Of a stretch of DNA of 64,000 bases, positions 1-12,680 are shown piece after piece; the stretch's first letter is position 1, and each line of letters starts with the position of its first letter. Made by a program: the position numbers and the translations under genes. The notes below the pieces were generated by a model. The model was not told where the DNA came from. It did not search any database and worked only from the letters and a program-made list of their open reading frames with translations. Source of the stretch: Mobula hypostoma (lineage: Eukaryota); NCBI RefSeq assembly GCF_963921235.1, contig NC_086097.1, positions 33,482,001 to 33,546,000 on the forward strand. Direction: 5' to 3'.

Positions 1-3000
1 AGAGAGTGTGAGCGGAGGGATGGAGTGAGAGTGAGCGGAGGAGTGAGAGAGAGTGAGCGGAGGGATGGAGAGTGAGTGAGTGGTGGGATCGAGTGAGAGT
101 GAGCGGAGGGATGGAGTGAGAGTGAGCGGAGGAGTGAGAGAGTGTGAGTGGAGGGATGGAGAGAGAGTGAGCGGAGGGATGGAGAGAGAGTGAGTGGAGG
201 ATGGAGAGAGAGAGTGGAGGGATGGAGAGAGAGTGAGCGGAGGGATGGAGAGAGAGTGAGCGGAGGGATGGAGAGAGAGAACGGAGGGATGGATAGAGAG
301 TGAGCGGAGGGATGGAGTGAGAGTGAGTGGAGAGATGGAGAGAGTGTGAGTGGAGGGATGGAGAGAGTGAGTGGAGGGATGGAGAGAGAGCGGAGGGATG
401 GAGAGAGTGTGAGTGGAGGAGTGAGAGAGTGTGAGCAGAGGATTGAGAGAGTGAGCGGAGGGATGGAGTGAGAGTGAGCGGAGGGATGGAGAGAGAGTGA
501 GCGGAGGAGTGAGAGAGTGTGAGCGGAGGGATGGAGTGAGAGTGAGTGGAGGGATGGAGTGAGAATGAGCGGAGGGATGGAGTGAGAGTGAGCAGAGGAG
601 TGAGAGAGTGTGAGCGGAGAGATGGAGTGAGAGTGAGCGGAGAGATGGAGTGAGAGTGAGCGGAGGGATGGAGAGAGAGTGAGCGGAGGGATGGAGTGAG
701 AGTGAGCGGAGGAGAGAGAGTGTGAGTGGAGGGATGGAGTGAGAGAACGGAGGGATGGAGAGAGTGTGAGCGGAGTGATGGAGTGAGAGTGAGCGGAGGA
801 GTGAGAGTGAGCGGAGGGATGGAGAGTGAGTGAGTGGAGGGATGGAGTGAGAGTGAGCGGAGGGATGGAGTGAGAGTGAGCGGAGGGATGGAGTGAGAGT
901 GAGCGGAGGAGTGAGAGAGTGTGAGCGGAGGGATGGAGTGAGGGAACGGAGGGATGGAGTGAGTGTGAGCGGAGGGATGGAGTGAGAGAACGGAGGGATG
1001 GAGAGAGAGAACGGAGGGATGGAGTGAGAGTGAGCGGAGGGATGGAGAGAGAGTGAGTGGAGGGATGGAGAGAGAGTGAGTGGAGGGATGGAGAGAGAGT
1101 GAGCGGAGGGATGGAGTGAGAGTGAGTGAAGAGATGGAGAGAGAGAGGGTGAACGGAGGGAGGAGTGAGAGGGTGAGTGAAGAGATGGAGAGCGAGTGAG
1201 CGGAGGGACGGAGAGAGAGTGAACGGAGGGATGGAGACAGAGTGAGCGGCCGGAGGATTGAGAGAGGGTGAGCAGAGGGAGGAGTGAGAGGGTGAGCGGA
1301 GGGATGGAGAGGGTGAGCGAAGGAGTGAGAGTGAGCAGAGGGATGGAGTGAGAGAACGGAGGGATGGAGAGAGAGTGAGTGGAGGGATGGAGAGAGAGAA
1401 CGGAGGGATGGAGAGAGTGAGTGGAGGGATGGAGTGAGAGTGAGCGGAGGAGTGAGAGGGTGAGTGAAGAGATGGAGAGAGAGTGAGCGGAGGGACGGAG
1501 AGAGTGAACGGAGGGATGGAGTGAGAGTGAGCGGAGGGATGGAGAGAGTGAACGGAGGGATGGAGTGAGAGTGAGCGGAGGGATGGAGTGAGAGAACGGA
1601 GGGATGGAGAGAGAGTGTGGAGGGATGGAGAGAGAGTGAGTGGAGGAGTGAGAGAGTGTGAGCAGAGGATTGAGAGAGTGAGCGGAGGAATGGAGTGAGA
1701 GTGAGCGGAGGAATGGAGTGAGAGTGAGCGGAGGAATGGAGTGAGAGTGAGCGGAGGATTGAGAGAGTGTGAGCGGAAGGATGGAGTGAGAGAACGGAGG
1801 GATGGAGTGAGAGTGAGTGAAGAGATGGAGAGAGTGAGCGGAGGAGTGATAGAGTGTGAGCGGAGGGATGGAGTGAGAGTGAGCAGAGGGATGGAGTGAG
1901 AATGAGCGGAGGATTGAGAGAGTGTGAGCGGAGGGATGGAGTGAGAGAACGGAGGGATGGAGTGAGAGTGAGTGAAGAGATGGAGAGAGTGAGTGGAGGG
2001 ATGGAGTGAGAGTGAGCGGAGGGATGGAGTGAGAGTGAGCGGAGGGATGGCGAGAGAGTGAGCGGAGGAGTGAGAGAGTGTGAGCGGAGGGATGGAGTGA
2101 GAGAGCGGAGGGATGGAGTGAGAGTGAGCGGAGAGATAGAGAGAGAGAGCGGAGGGATGGAATGAGAGAACGGAGTGATGGAGTGAGAGTGAGTGGAGGG
2201 ATGGAGTGAGAGTGAGTGGAGGGATGGAGAGAGTGAGCGGAGTGAGAGAGTGTGAGCGGAGGGATGGAGAGAGAGTGAGCGGAGGGATGGAGAGAGAGTG
2301 AGTGGAGGAGTGAGTGAGTGTGAGCCGAGGATTGAGAGAGTGAGCGGAGGGATGGAGTGAGAGTGAGTGGAGAGATGGAGAGAATGTGAGTGGAGGGATG
2401 GAGAGAGAGCGGAGGGATGGAGAGAGTGTGAGTGGAGGAGTGAGAGAGTGTGAGCAGAGGATTGAGAGAGTGAGCGGAGGAATGGAGTGAGAGTGAGCGG
2501 AGGATTGAGAGAGTGTGAGCGGAAGGATGGAGTGAGAGAACGGAGGGATGGAGTGAGAGTGAGTGAAGAGATGGAGAGAGTGAGCGGAGGAGTGAGAGAG
2601 TGTGAGCGGAGGGATGGAGTGAGAGTGAGCAGAGGGATGGAGTGAGAATGAGCGGAGGATTGAGAGAGTGTGAGCGGAGGGATGGAGTGAGAGAACGGAG
2701 GGATGGAGTGAGAGTGAGTGAAGAGATGGAGAGAGTGAGTGGAGGGATGGAGTGAGAGTGAGCGGAGGGATGGAGAGAGAGTGAGCGGAGGAGTGAGAGA
2801 GTGTGAGCGGAGGGATGGAGTGAGAGAGCGGAGGGATGGAGTGAGAGTGAGCGGAGAGATAGAGAGAGAGAGCGGAGGGATGGAATGAGAGAACGGAGTG
2901 ATGGAGTGAGAGTGAGTGGAGGGATGGAGTGAGAGTGAGCGGAGGGATGGAGTGAGAGTGAGTGGAGGGATGGAGAGAGTGAGCGGAGGAGTGAGAGAGT

Positions 3001-4590
3001 GTGAGCGGAGGGATGGAGAGAGAGTGAGCGGAGGGATGGAGAGAGAGTGAGTGGAGGAGTGAGTGAGTGTGAGCCGAGGATTGAGAGAGTGAGCGGAGGG
3101 ATGGAGTGAGAGTGAGTGGAGAGATGGAGAGAGTGTGAGTGGAGGGTTGGAGAGAGTGAGCGGAGGGATGGAGTGAGAGTGAGCGGAGGGATGGAGTGAG
3201 AGTGAGCGGAGGGATGGAGAGAGAGTGAGCGGAGGAGTGAGAGAGTGTGAGCGGAGGAGTGAGAGAGTGTGAGCGGAGGGATGGAGTGAGAGTGAGCGGA
3301 GGATTGAGAGAGTGTGAGCAGAGGGATGGAGTGAGAGTGAGTGGAGAGATGGAGTGAGAGTGAGCGGAGAGATGGAGTGAGAGTGAGTGGAGGGATGGAG
3401 AGAGAGTGAGTGGAGGGATGGAGAGAGAGAACGGAGGGATGGAGTGAGTGTGAGCGGAGGGATGGAGAGAGTGAGCGGAGGGATGGAGAGAGAGTGAGTG
3501 GAGGGATGGAGAGAGAGTGAGCGGAGGAGTGAGAGAGTGTGAGCGGAGGGATGGAGAGAGAGAACGGAGGGATAGAGTGAGAGTGAGCGGAGGGATGGAG
3601 AGAGAGCGGAGGGATGGAGTGAGAGTGAGTGAAGAGGTGGAGAGAGAGAAAATGGAGGGATGGAGAGAGAGTGAGTGAAGAGATGGAGAGAGAGAAAACG
3701 GAGAGATGGAGAGAGAGTGAGGGAAGGATGGAGAGAGAGAAAACGGAGGGATGGAGAGAGAGTGAGCGGAGGGATGGAGAGAGAGTGAGCGGAGAGATGG
3801 AGAGAGAGGGTGAACGGAGGGAGTAGTGAGAGTGAGCGGAGGAGTGAGAGAGTGTGAGCGGAGGGATGGAGTGAGAGAACGGAGGGATGGAGAGTGAGTG
3901 AGCGGAGAGATGGAGAGAGAGTGAGTGAAGAGATGGAGAGAGAGGGTGAACGGAGGGAGGAGTGAGGGTGAGTGAAGAGATGGAGAGGGTGAGCGGAGAG
4001 ATGGAGAGAGAGAGGGTGAACGGAGGGAGGAGTGAGAGGGTGAGTGAAGAGATGGAGAGAGAGTGAGCGGAGGGACGGAGAGAGAGTGAACGGAGAGATG
4101 GAGAGAGAGTGAGCGGCGGGAGGATTGAGAGAGGGTGAGCAGAGGGAGGAGTGAGAGGGTGAGCGGAGGGATGGAGAGGGTGAGCGGAGGAAGGAGTGAG
4201 AGATGGTGAATGGAGGGATGGAGAGTGAGTGGAAGGAGGGAGAATGAGTGAGTGTGAGCAGAGGGAGGGAGAGTGAGCAGAAGGATGGAGGGAGAGTGAG
4301 CGGCGGGAGGAGTGAGAGAGGGTGAGCAGAGGGAGGAGTGAGAGGGTGAGCGGAGGGATGGAGAGAGTGAGCAGAAGGATGGAGGGAGGGTGAGAGTGTG
4401 AGTGAGTGGGAAAGAGGGTGAGCGGAGGAAGAGAGGGTAAGCAGAGAGAGGGAAAGAGTGAGCTGAGAAAGGGAGGGAGAGGGTGAGTGGAGGGAGGGAG
4501 TGAGAGAGTGTTAGTGGAGGTAGGGGAGAGAGAGAGGGTGTGAACAGAGGGAGGGAGGGAGAAAGAATGTGTGGACAGAGTGAGGGAGGG
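1..4590. repeat. Purine-rich (GA) degenerate tandem array, core unit about GGAGGGATGGAGTGAGAGTGAGC
   Basis: Directly visible: the + strand is almost entirely G/A with a recurring ~23-bp unit. It runs off the left edge, upstream of the visible IFT43 exons, so is probably intronic. Confidence 0.95.
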
Positions 4591-5697
4591 AGGCATTTGA
4601 TAAGCGTTCCCCATGGTATGCTTATTAAGAATGTTTGGAGACATGGGATTCAGGGAAACACGGCAGTGTGGATTCAGAATTGGCTTGCTAATGGGGTTTG
4701 ATTGTTGATGGAGCATTATGTGCCTGGAGGTCAGTGACCGGTGGTGTTCTGCAGGTATCTGTTCTGGGCTCCTGCTCTTTGTAATTTGGATGAGGAAATG
4801 GAAGAGTGTGTTCGTAGGTGTGCAATTGACGTGATGGTTGGTGGTGTTGTGGATCGGGTAAAAGGTTGATGGAGGTTGCAGTGGAGCATTGACAGGATGC
4901 AGACCTGGGCTAATATGTGGCAGATGGAGTTCAATCCAGAAAAGTGTGAAATTATTCATTTTTGAAAGTTGAATTTGAAGGCAGAATACAGAGTTAGTGA
5001 CAGGATTCTTAGCATGGAGGAACAGAAGCGGGATCTTGGGGTCCACATCCATCAATCCCACAAAGTTGCTGAGGAAATTGATAGGGTGGTGAAGAAGGTG
5101 TGAGGTGTGTTGGCCCCTTCGTTAGTCAGAGGATTGAGTTCAAGAGCCGTGAGATAATGCTGCAGCTCTATAAAATCCTGGTGAGACTACACTTGCAATA
5201 TTGCGTTCAGTTCTGGTCACCTTATTTTGGAAGGATATGGAAGCTTTGGAGAGGGCGCAGAGAAGATTCACCAGAATGCAGCCTGGATTAAGCTTGGGCT
5301 TTTCTCTTTGGAACAAAGGAGGATGAGACATAGCTTGATGTACAACATGATAAGAGGCATAGATCGAGTGGACAGTCAGAGAACTTTTCCCAGGACGGAA
5401 ATGGCTGATACGAGGCGGCATAATTTTAAAGTAACAGAAGGAATGTGTGGGGGGTGGTGGACGTTAAAAGTAAGTTTCTTTTTACACAGAGTGGTGGGTG
5501 CTTAGAACACACTGTCGGGGTGGTGATGGAGGCAGATACATTTGTGAGATTTAAGAGACTCAGATAGGCATGTGGGTGAAAGAAAAAGAGGCTATGTGGA
5601 AGGGAAGAGTTAGATTGCTTTTGGAGTAGGTTAAAATGTCAGCACAACATCGTGGGCCAAAGGGCTGAAACTGTGCTGTAGTGTTGTATGTTCTATA
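4591..5697 (+). mobile_element. CR1-type LINE, degenerate 3' fragment
   Basis: RT C-terminal remnants (EFKSREIMLQLYKILVRLHLQYCVQFW; MIRGIDRVDSQR) and a CR1-like 3' tail ending gtatgttctat. Confidence 0.85.
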
Positions 5698-6362
5698 AGT
5701 ATTCCTGAAGTTGGTGATGGGACATAATGTCCCTCTAAGTGAAATTTTAGTACCAGGAGCAGGAATGGGTCACTAGTTCCCCTCATCTTCTTGTCAATGC
5801 TCTACTCCATGTGAATACCCACCAACAGAACGATGATGCCTTTCTGTCAAGAAATCGCCCTGCCTCCTCAGGTATCACCAAAGACCTCCTCCACCAACTC
5901 TGCTGTCGAATTACTCCGCTCCACCATGCTGTGAGTGAAGGTGTCTCTGTTGATCCCAGTACTGAGTGACTCCCTTGTACCCTGTACCTGTCACCTCATC
6001 TGGGCCCCAGTGGATCACTGCCTTTCAGTGTCATCTCCTGGAACAAGGACGATTCAGGGGTGACTTGTCGGTGTCAAGGATCTGGAGGTGACATGATGGT
6101 GAACAGTCACCCTCAGGAGGCAGGTTCAGTGTTGGAAGAGACCGGAAGAACATTAGAAACTTTTTGACAAGAACAGGCCATTTGGTCCAACAAAACTTGC
6201 CAAATTCCTATTCACATAGTGTGTTGATGGACAGGCTTCAGAGGAGTGGGGTGGGTGACAGATAATTCTTACATCATTCCCCACAGCTGGAATCTGATTC
6301 CTACCACAGCCCCAGTACCGTGTTCTTCCTGTGACTCTGACTGCACCTGTACTCCTCTGCAG

Positions 6363-6435
6363 ACATCCCTGTCATTCCGGACCTGGAGGAGGTACAAGAG
6401 GAGGACCTGGCCATGCAGGTGGCTGCCCCTCCCAG
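6363..6435 (+). CDS. IFT43: IFT43 internal coding exon ([25 protein letters not shown])
   Basis: ctgcag acceptor and gtaggt donor. The peptide matches the remembered IFT43 segment [22 protein letters not shown], and its phase joins the next exon. Confidence 0.93.
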
Positions 6436-6819
6436 GTAGGTGCAGTGAACACCAGTCTTCCCGCATGCTCCCTACCCCACCCTCCTGCTGCGTAGTGAAT
6501 GACCTGACTGCAGCCTGGGCTCAGCACCGGACCTCATGTCTCCTTCCCACTCTAGCTGTCTATCACTGCAGCCTGTGTTTCACCCACAGCTGTAACATTG
6601 TTCACAGACCTGGATTGCGCCTGGAACCCTCTGTTTATTAACTAGGATTATGCCTCTAACACAAACCTGTAGCCCGCACCTGTAACCCATGGTGATAACT
6701 GGCACCTGTAGTCCACCCCTGTAACTTGCACTTATATAGCCTACACCTGTAACCTACACATAATCTACACCTGTAGTCCACACTTGTAATCTGCACTTAT
6801 ACCCTATAACCCACACTTA

Positions 6820-8056
6820 CAGTGGCATGCAAAAGTTTGGCCACTCCTGGTCAAAATTTCTGTACTGTGAATAGCTAATTGAGTAAAAGATGAACTGATT
6901 TCCAAAAGGCATAAAGTTAAAGATGACAGATTTCTTTAATATTTTAAGCAAGAAAACTTTTTTATTTCCATCTTTTACAGTTTCAAAATGACAAAAAAGG
7001 AAAAATGCCTGAAGCAAAAGTTTGGGCACCCTGCATAGCAGTACTTAGTAACACCCCCTTTGGCAAGTATCACAGCTTGTAAACGCTTCTTGTAGCCAGC
7101 TAAGAGTCTTTCAATTCTTGTTTGGGAGATTTTTGTCCATTCTTCCTTGCAAAAGCCTTCTAGTTCTGTAAGATTCTTGGGCTGCCTTGCATAAAATGCT
7201 CTTTTGAGGTCTATCCACAGATTCTCGATGATGTTTAGATCAGGGGACTGTGAAGGCCATGGCAAAACCTTCAGCTTGCACCTCTTGAGGTAGTCCATTG
7301 TGGATTTTGAGGTGTGTTTAGAATCATTATCCTGTTGTAGAAGCCATCCTCTTTTCATCTTCGGCTTTTTTTTACAGATGGTGTGACATTTGCTTCCAGA
7401 ATTTGCTGGTACTTAATTGAATTCATTCTTCCCTCTACCAGTAAATGTTCCCCATGCCACTGGCTGCAACACAAGCCCAAAGCATGATCGATCCATTCCC
7501 GTGCTTAACAGTTGGAGTATTCTTTTCATGAAATTCTGCACCCTTTTTTCTCCAAATATACCTTTGCTCATTGCAGCTAAAAAGTTCTATTCAAAAGGTT
7601 CAAAGGAACATCGAAACAAGCCTGATGCATTTTGGAAACAGGTCCTGTGGAATGATGAAGTTAAGATAGACCTCAAAAGAGCAGTGCATGCAAGACGGCC
7701 AAGAATCTCACAGAATTAAAGCCCTTTGCAAGGAAGAATGGGTGAAAATCCCCCAAACAAGAATTGAAAGACTCTTAGCTGGCTACAGAAAGTGTTTACA
7801 AGCTGTGATACTTGCCAAAGGGGGTGTTTCTAAGTACTGACCATGTAGGGTGCCCAGACTTTTGCTTTGGGCCCTTTTCCTTTTTTGTTATTTTGAAACT
7901 GTAAAAGATGGAAATAAAAAAGTTTTCTTGTTTAAAATATTAAAGAAATCTGTCATCTTTAACCTTATGCCTTTTGGAAATCAGTTCATCATTTACTCAC
8001 TTAGCTATTCACAATCAGAAAGTTTGACCAGGGTGCCCAAACTTTTGCATGCCACT
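6820..8056. mobile_element. Tc1/mariner derivative, fold-back arrangement of two 3' ends
   Basis: TA-CAGTGGCATGCAAAAGTTT at the left end and AAACTTTTGCATGCCACT-TA at the right. Tc1 transposase C-terminus QQDNDSKHTS...WPSQSPDLNIIENLW on - (6975-7358), and a second C-terminus on + (7665-7840). Confidence 0.9.
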
Positions 8057-8514
8057 TATTACCTACACCTGTAGCCCACAACTGTAACCTGCACTTATAA
8101 CCTACACCCCTTTTAAACCTCTAATTTCAGTTTAAACCTGTGTTCTCTAATAGACTACCCTACCCTGGAAAAAAGACATTGACTATCCATCTTATACCTT
8201 ATGATATTATAAACCTCTCTGAGGTCGTCCTTCAGATTCCTACACTTCAGGGCTGTCCAGTCTCTCCTGATATCTCACATTTCATACCCCCATATTGAAC
8301 CTTTGAGAAGTTCAATCAGTAGAATTTGCAGGCCTAATTATTCAGAGTGGGATGTCTGGATTCAGCTGGTGTGTAGAGGGTGGGGACTGAGACAGGGAAA
8401 CGCATGGATTATAATGAGGAAGGGAAAGTGGAAAGCTCCCTCCACCCCTTCCTGCTATTAGGAAACCTGCACTAATATTAGATAAGCTGTCACGGTGGGA
8501 AGTATCCAACGGCC

Positions 8515-9018
8515 GGGTCACTGTGGAGAGAGGTACCCCGTGCACAGGATCACTGTGGAGGGAGGTACTCAGTGCATGGGTCACTGAGGAGAGAGGTACT
8601 CAGTGCGTGGTTCACTGTGGAGGGAGTACTCTGTGCACAGGGTCACTGAGGAGGGAAAGTACCCAGTGAATGGGTCACTGAGGAGGGAAGGTACCCAGTA
8701 CACAGGGTCACTGAGGAGGGAGGTACCCAGTGCCTGAGTGACTGAGGAGGGAAATAACCTGTGCATGAGTCACTGAGGAGGGAGGTATCCAGTGCATGAG
8801 TCACTGAGGAGAGAAATACCCAGTGTACTGGGTCACTGAGGAGGGAGGTACCCAGTGCATGAGTCGCTGAGGAGGGAGATACTCTGTGCACAGGGTCAAT
8901 AAGGAGGGAGGTACCCTGTGTATGAATTTCCGAGCAGGGAGGTGCCCTGCACACAGGATCACTAAAGAGGGAGGTACCCAGTGCACGGGTCACTGAGGAG
9001 GGAGGTGCTCTGTGCACA
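8515..9018. repeat. ~31-bp minisatellite (GGGTCACTGAGGAGGGAGGTACCCAGTGCAT)
   Basis: About 16 visible degenerate units. Confidence 0.9.
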
Positions 9019-9113
9019 GCTCACCAAGGACAAATGTTCCCAAGCCCAGGTACATCGATGTGGGCAATACCGCTCGCCGAGGAACACCAAAATTAACCTG
9101 CCGATTCTCTCAG

Positions 9114-9189
9114 TGTCCAGGTGAACCGGGTGATGACATACCGTGACTTGGATAATGATTTAATAAAGTACGGAGCATTCCAGACCCTG
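9114..9189 (+). CDS. IFT43: IFT43 coding exon ([25 protein letters not shown])
   Basis: ttctctcag acceptor and gtgagt donor. Contains the hallmark [12 protein letters not shown] motif. 76 nt, phase 2 to 0. Confidence 0.96.
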
Positions 9190-9194
9190 GTGAG

Positions 9195-9900
9195 TGCGTT
9201 ATTCCTGGGCGAGCCCATACCTGACACCAGAGTGGGTTAGTGCCAGGAGAGACCATTTCCAACACTGGGAGTGGATTAGATCCAGGAAATATCAGTTCTG
9301 ACACCGGGAGTGGGTTGGTCCAGAGAGATCGTTCCCGACACCAGGAGTGGTTTAGTCCCAGGAGAGACCGTTCCTGGCATTGGAGTGGATTAGTCCTGGG
9401 AAAGAGTGTTCCTGACACAGGGAGTGGGCTATTCTTGGGAAAGACTGTTCCTCACATTAGGAGTGGGCTAGTCCCGCGAGAGACCATTCCTGACACCAGG
9501 CGTGGGTTAGTCCCGGGAGAGACCATTCCTGACACCAGGAATGGGTTAGTCCCTGGAGAGACCATTCCTGACACTAGGAATGAGTTAGTCCCAGGAGAGA
9601 CTGCTCCAGACGCTGGAAAAGGGATAGTTCCTGGAGAGACTATTCCTGACACAAGGAGTAGGTTAGTCCCGAGAGAGACCGTTCCTGACATTGGAAGTGA
9701 GTTATTCCTGGGAGAGACTATTCCCAACACTGGGAATGGGTTATACCCAGAAGTGGCTGTTCTTGACACTGGGAATTGGTTAGTCCCAGGGGAGACAATT
9801 CCCAACTCTGGGGGTGGGTTAGTCCCAGGGGAGGCAATTCCCAACACTGGGGGATGGTTGGTCCCAGGGGAAACTGGTCCCAACAGTGGGAGTGGTCAAG
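9195..9900. repeat. 39-bp minisatellite (GAGTGGGTTAGTCCCGGGAGAGACCATTCCTGACACCAG)
   Basis: The 13-aa periodicity [13 protein letters not shown] in the ORF track reflects a 39-bp unit. Confidence 0.9.
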
Positions 9901-10160
9901 TTCTGGACACAGTGTACAGGGAACAGCTGTACCCAAACTTCTGCTATGGCTGTCCATCGCCCTGTACTCACTAGTCTCCGTGGGCTTAAGGTTATCAAGC
10001 ATTGTAACTCTCCAATATTCACCGTATCTATCCAAGTGTTTGGCCAATATCCAGCCCCACACATGGCCAGCTGTCCAGTTTTGTCTGGGAAGGGTTTTTG
10101 GGTGGTGAACTATTGTCAAATGCCTGTGTTAAAGCGCAGTATGATGTGCTGCTTTTACAG

Positions 10161-10223
10161 GATGGAGACATTGACCTGAAGCTGCTGAGTCAGATGCTGT
10201 CGGCGGAACAGGATGTCCGAGAG
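10161..10223 (+). CDS. IFT43: IFT43 coding exon (DGDIDLKLLSQMLSAEQDVRE)
   Basis: ttttacag acceptor and gtgagg donor, 63 nt. Matches remembered [21 protein letters not shown]. Confidence 0.95.
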
Positions 10224-10669
10224 GTGAGGGATCCTAAGCACCTGGCAACCGCCAGGGGTGGTAACTGTGTGACCAGGCTTTTAGCATCTGAGAGAGAAAA
10301 CAAATGAGAAAGAGAGAATGAATAAGAGGGATACAGATAACATGAATGAAGGGACAAAAAGAGAGAGAGGAAAAATATAATGAGAGAGTATGAGGGAGAG
10401 AAAATGAAAGTGAATGAGAGAGAGCAAAAGAGAGAAGATGAGAGAGGAGAATGAGAGAGAAGGAAAAAAAAGTGAGAAAAGAAAGCTTGAGCGCTTGGCT
10501 GTGATCACCTCACTTGGGGGTGGGAGAGAGGGGTGTGGCGAGAGTGGTGATAGAAGGGATGAGAAGAGATGTGGCTGGGTGGATGGGAGAGGGGTTGGTG
10601 GATGGGTAGTGAAGGGATGGTAGTGGGGATTGGTAGAAGGGGTTGGGAGGGTGTGGTGGAGGTTTTATT

Positions 10670-10940
10670 TTGGGATACAGCACAGAACAGACCCTTCCAG
10701 CCTAATGTGCTCAGCCTCCCAGCAATCTGCCTATTTAACACCAGCCTAATCAAAAGGACAATTTACAGTGACCTATTAACCTACAATCTGGTATGTCTTT
10801 GAACTGAGGGAGAAAACTGGAGGAAACCCACACAATTCACAGGGAGAATATACAAACTCCTTACGGATAGCGCTGAAATAGAACTGCAGAATGCCTCTAG
10901 CTGTAATAGCATCATTCTAACCACTATGCTACCATGGTGT
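10670..10940 (-). mobile_element. HE1/V-SINE-like element, degenerate
   Basis: ggaggaaacccacac...gggagaatatacaaactccttac...taaccactatgctaccatg, typical of the reverse strand of chondrichthyan tRNA-derived SINEs. Confidence 0.6.
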
Positions 10941-11724
10941 CAGGGTGGAGGGGGTTAGTGGTTGGTGGTGGAGGTGAATGGGAGGGGGTGGTGGTGGTGG
11001 AAGAGGTTGAAGGCTAGTTAGCAGAGTGCTGATGGAGAAGAAGGGAAGTGGAGGGAGTGAGGAACAGACAAGGGAAATGATATTGGAGCTATGAGTTTCT
11101 CAAGGATGGGGTAATAAGCCCAGAGAAAGGTGGAATTGCCCACAGGCTCTGGCAGTGACTGCAGAGAGGAACAGTTTACGTTCTGGGTGTACCACAGTTC
11201 AGGGATAAATGGATGGAAATTGCCGAGATCAGAATGAGAGGGAGGTGCCCTGTGGTGTGTGGACAGATGAAGAATGGCTGTGTCTGTGGAGTCAGACAGA
11301 GGATTACAGTGTCTGCACAGGGCTCGGGGTCAGACCCCAAGCCGTGTACTGACCACAGGTCTCACCTGGCCTGGTTTTGGTCTGCAGTACAGAGGAGGCA
11401 GTGATGTGGCCACTGAATGGCCTGAAACTCTCCAGGACCACCTGCATGTCTCCGATCTCCAGCCCTGATACCAGTTAGTGTGTGTGTGTCACCCATTGTT
11501 CTGTGTGTTTTACCTATCACCCTGTGCGTGTCATCCATTGCCTTGTGCCCGTTGCTTTGGGCCCCTCGCCTTGTGCGTGTCACCTGTCGCTCTGTGAGTT
11601 TGTCTCCCGTTGCTCTCTGTGTGCGCCTTCCGTGTCTGTGTGTGTGTTATCTGTCGCAGTGTGTGACCTTTGTCACTGTGTGTGTCACTCATTGTTCTTT
11701 GTGTATGTAATACCTTGCTCTATG

Positions 11725-12200
11725 TGTGTCACTCTTCGCCCTGTGTGTGTGGACCCCTCACCCTGTGTACGTGGGTGTCTTCCATCCCATACCTCTGTGT
11801 GTGTCACAGTTCGCCCTGTGTGTGTGGACCCCTCACCCTGTGTACGTGTGTGTCTTCCGTCCCATACCTCTGTGTGTGCATCACCCTTCGCCCTGTGTGT
11901 GTGGACCCCTCACCCTGTGTACGTGTGTGTCTTCCGTCCCATACCTCTGTGTGTGCATCACCCTTCGCCCTGTGTGTGTGGACCCCTCACCCTGTGTACG
12001 TGTGTGTCTTCCGTCCCATACCTCTGTGTGTGCATCACCCTTCGCCCTGTGTGTGTGGACCCCTCACCCTGTGTATGTGTGTGTCTTCTGTCCCATACCT
12101 CTGTGTGTGCATCACCCTTCGCCCTGTGTGTGTGGACCCCTCACCCTGTGTATGTGTGTGTCTTCCGTCCCATACCTCTGTGTGTGCATCACTCTTCGCT
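11725..12200. repeat. 77-bp tandem repeat, about 6 near-identical copies, within TG-rich sequence
   Basis: tcacccttcg recurs at 11881 and 11958 (period 77). Confidence 0.92.
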
Positions 12201-12557
12201 CTGTGTGTTATCTTGCTGTGAGTCCATCAGTTCCCTGGATACCAAAGATAGCTGGTCTTGTCATTACAAGATTGTGTTTGTGTGTGGATGAGTACTTAAG
12301 AGGGAGGGAGGACTGGGGGGTGTTTAGCTGTTGCTGCTTTGTTGTTTGATCTGTTCTGTTTTGTTATATTCTGTTCTGTTCTGTCTTGTTCTGCTGAGTA
12401 CTGTGTACGTACTATAGTGGAGATGAAATGTGTGGTGACACTTGCTGGGTGCTTCCAGCACATCCTTGGGTGTGTTGGTTGTTAATGTTAATGATGCATT
12501 TCACTGGATGTTTCAATGTACATGTGATAAATCTGAATCTGTTGTGCCCTTGTCCAG

Positions 12558-12680
12558 GAGGATGAATGCTGGAGCTGGGACCAACTCTTTACAGAAGTAT
12601 CCTCAGAACTACTGACGGAACGCGAAGAGCGCAGTGGGCAGGACGAGGAGGATCTGAGGCTGCTGACAGCTCACTCCTGA
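12558..12680 (+). CDS. IFT43: IFT43 terminal coding exon (EDECWSWDQLFTEVSSELLTE...LTAHS*)
   Basis: ttgtccag acceptor. The WxWDxLFTEVSSE motif matches the IFT43 C-terminus. TGA at 12678-12680. Confidence 0.95.
   Translation, partial: EDECWSWDQLFTEVSSELLTEREERSGQDEEDLRLLTAHS

Noticed and set aside
8515..9900. Possible CRISPR-like arrays
   Set aside because: Head-to-tail degenerate units without unique spacers, no cas genes, and a eukaryotic context.
11482..12349. Cys/Val-rich ORFs resembling keratin-associated proteins
   Set aside because: TG-rich 77-bp tandem repeat inside an IFT43 intron.
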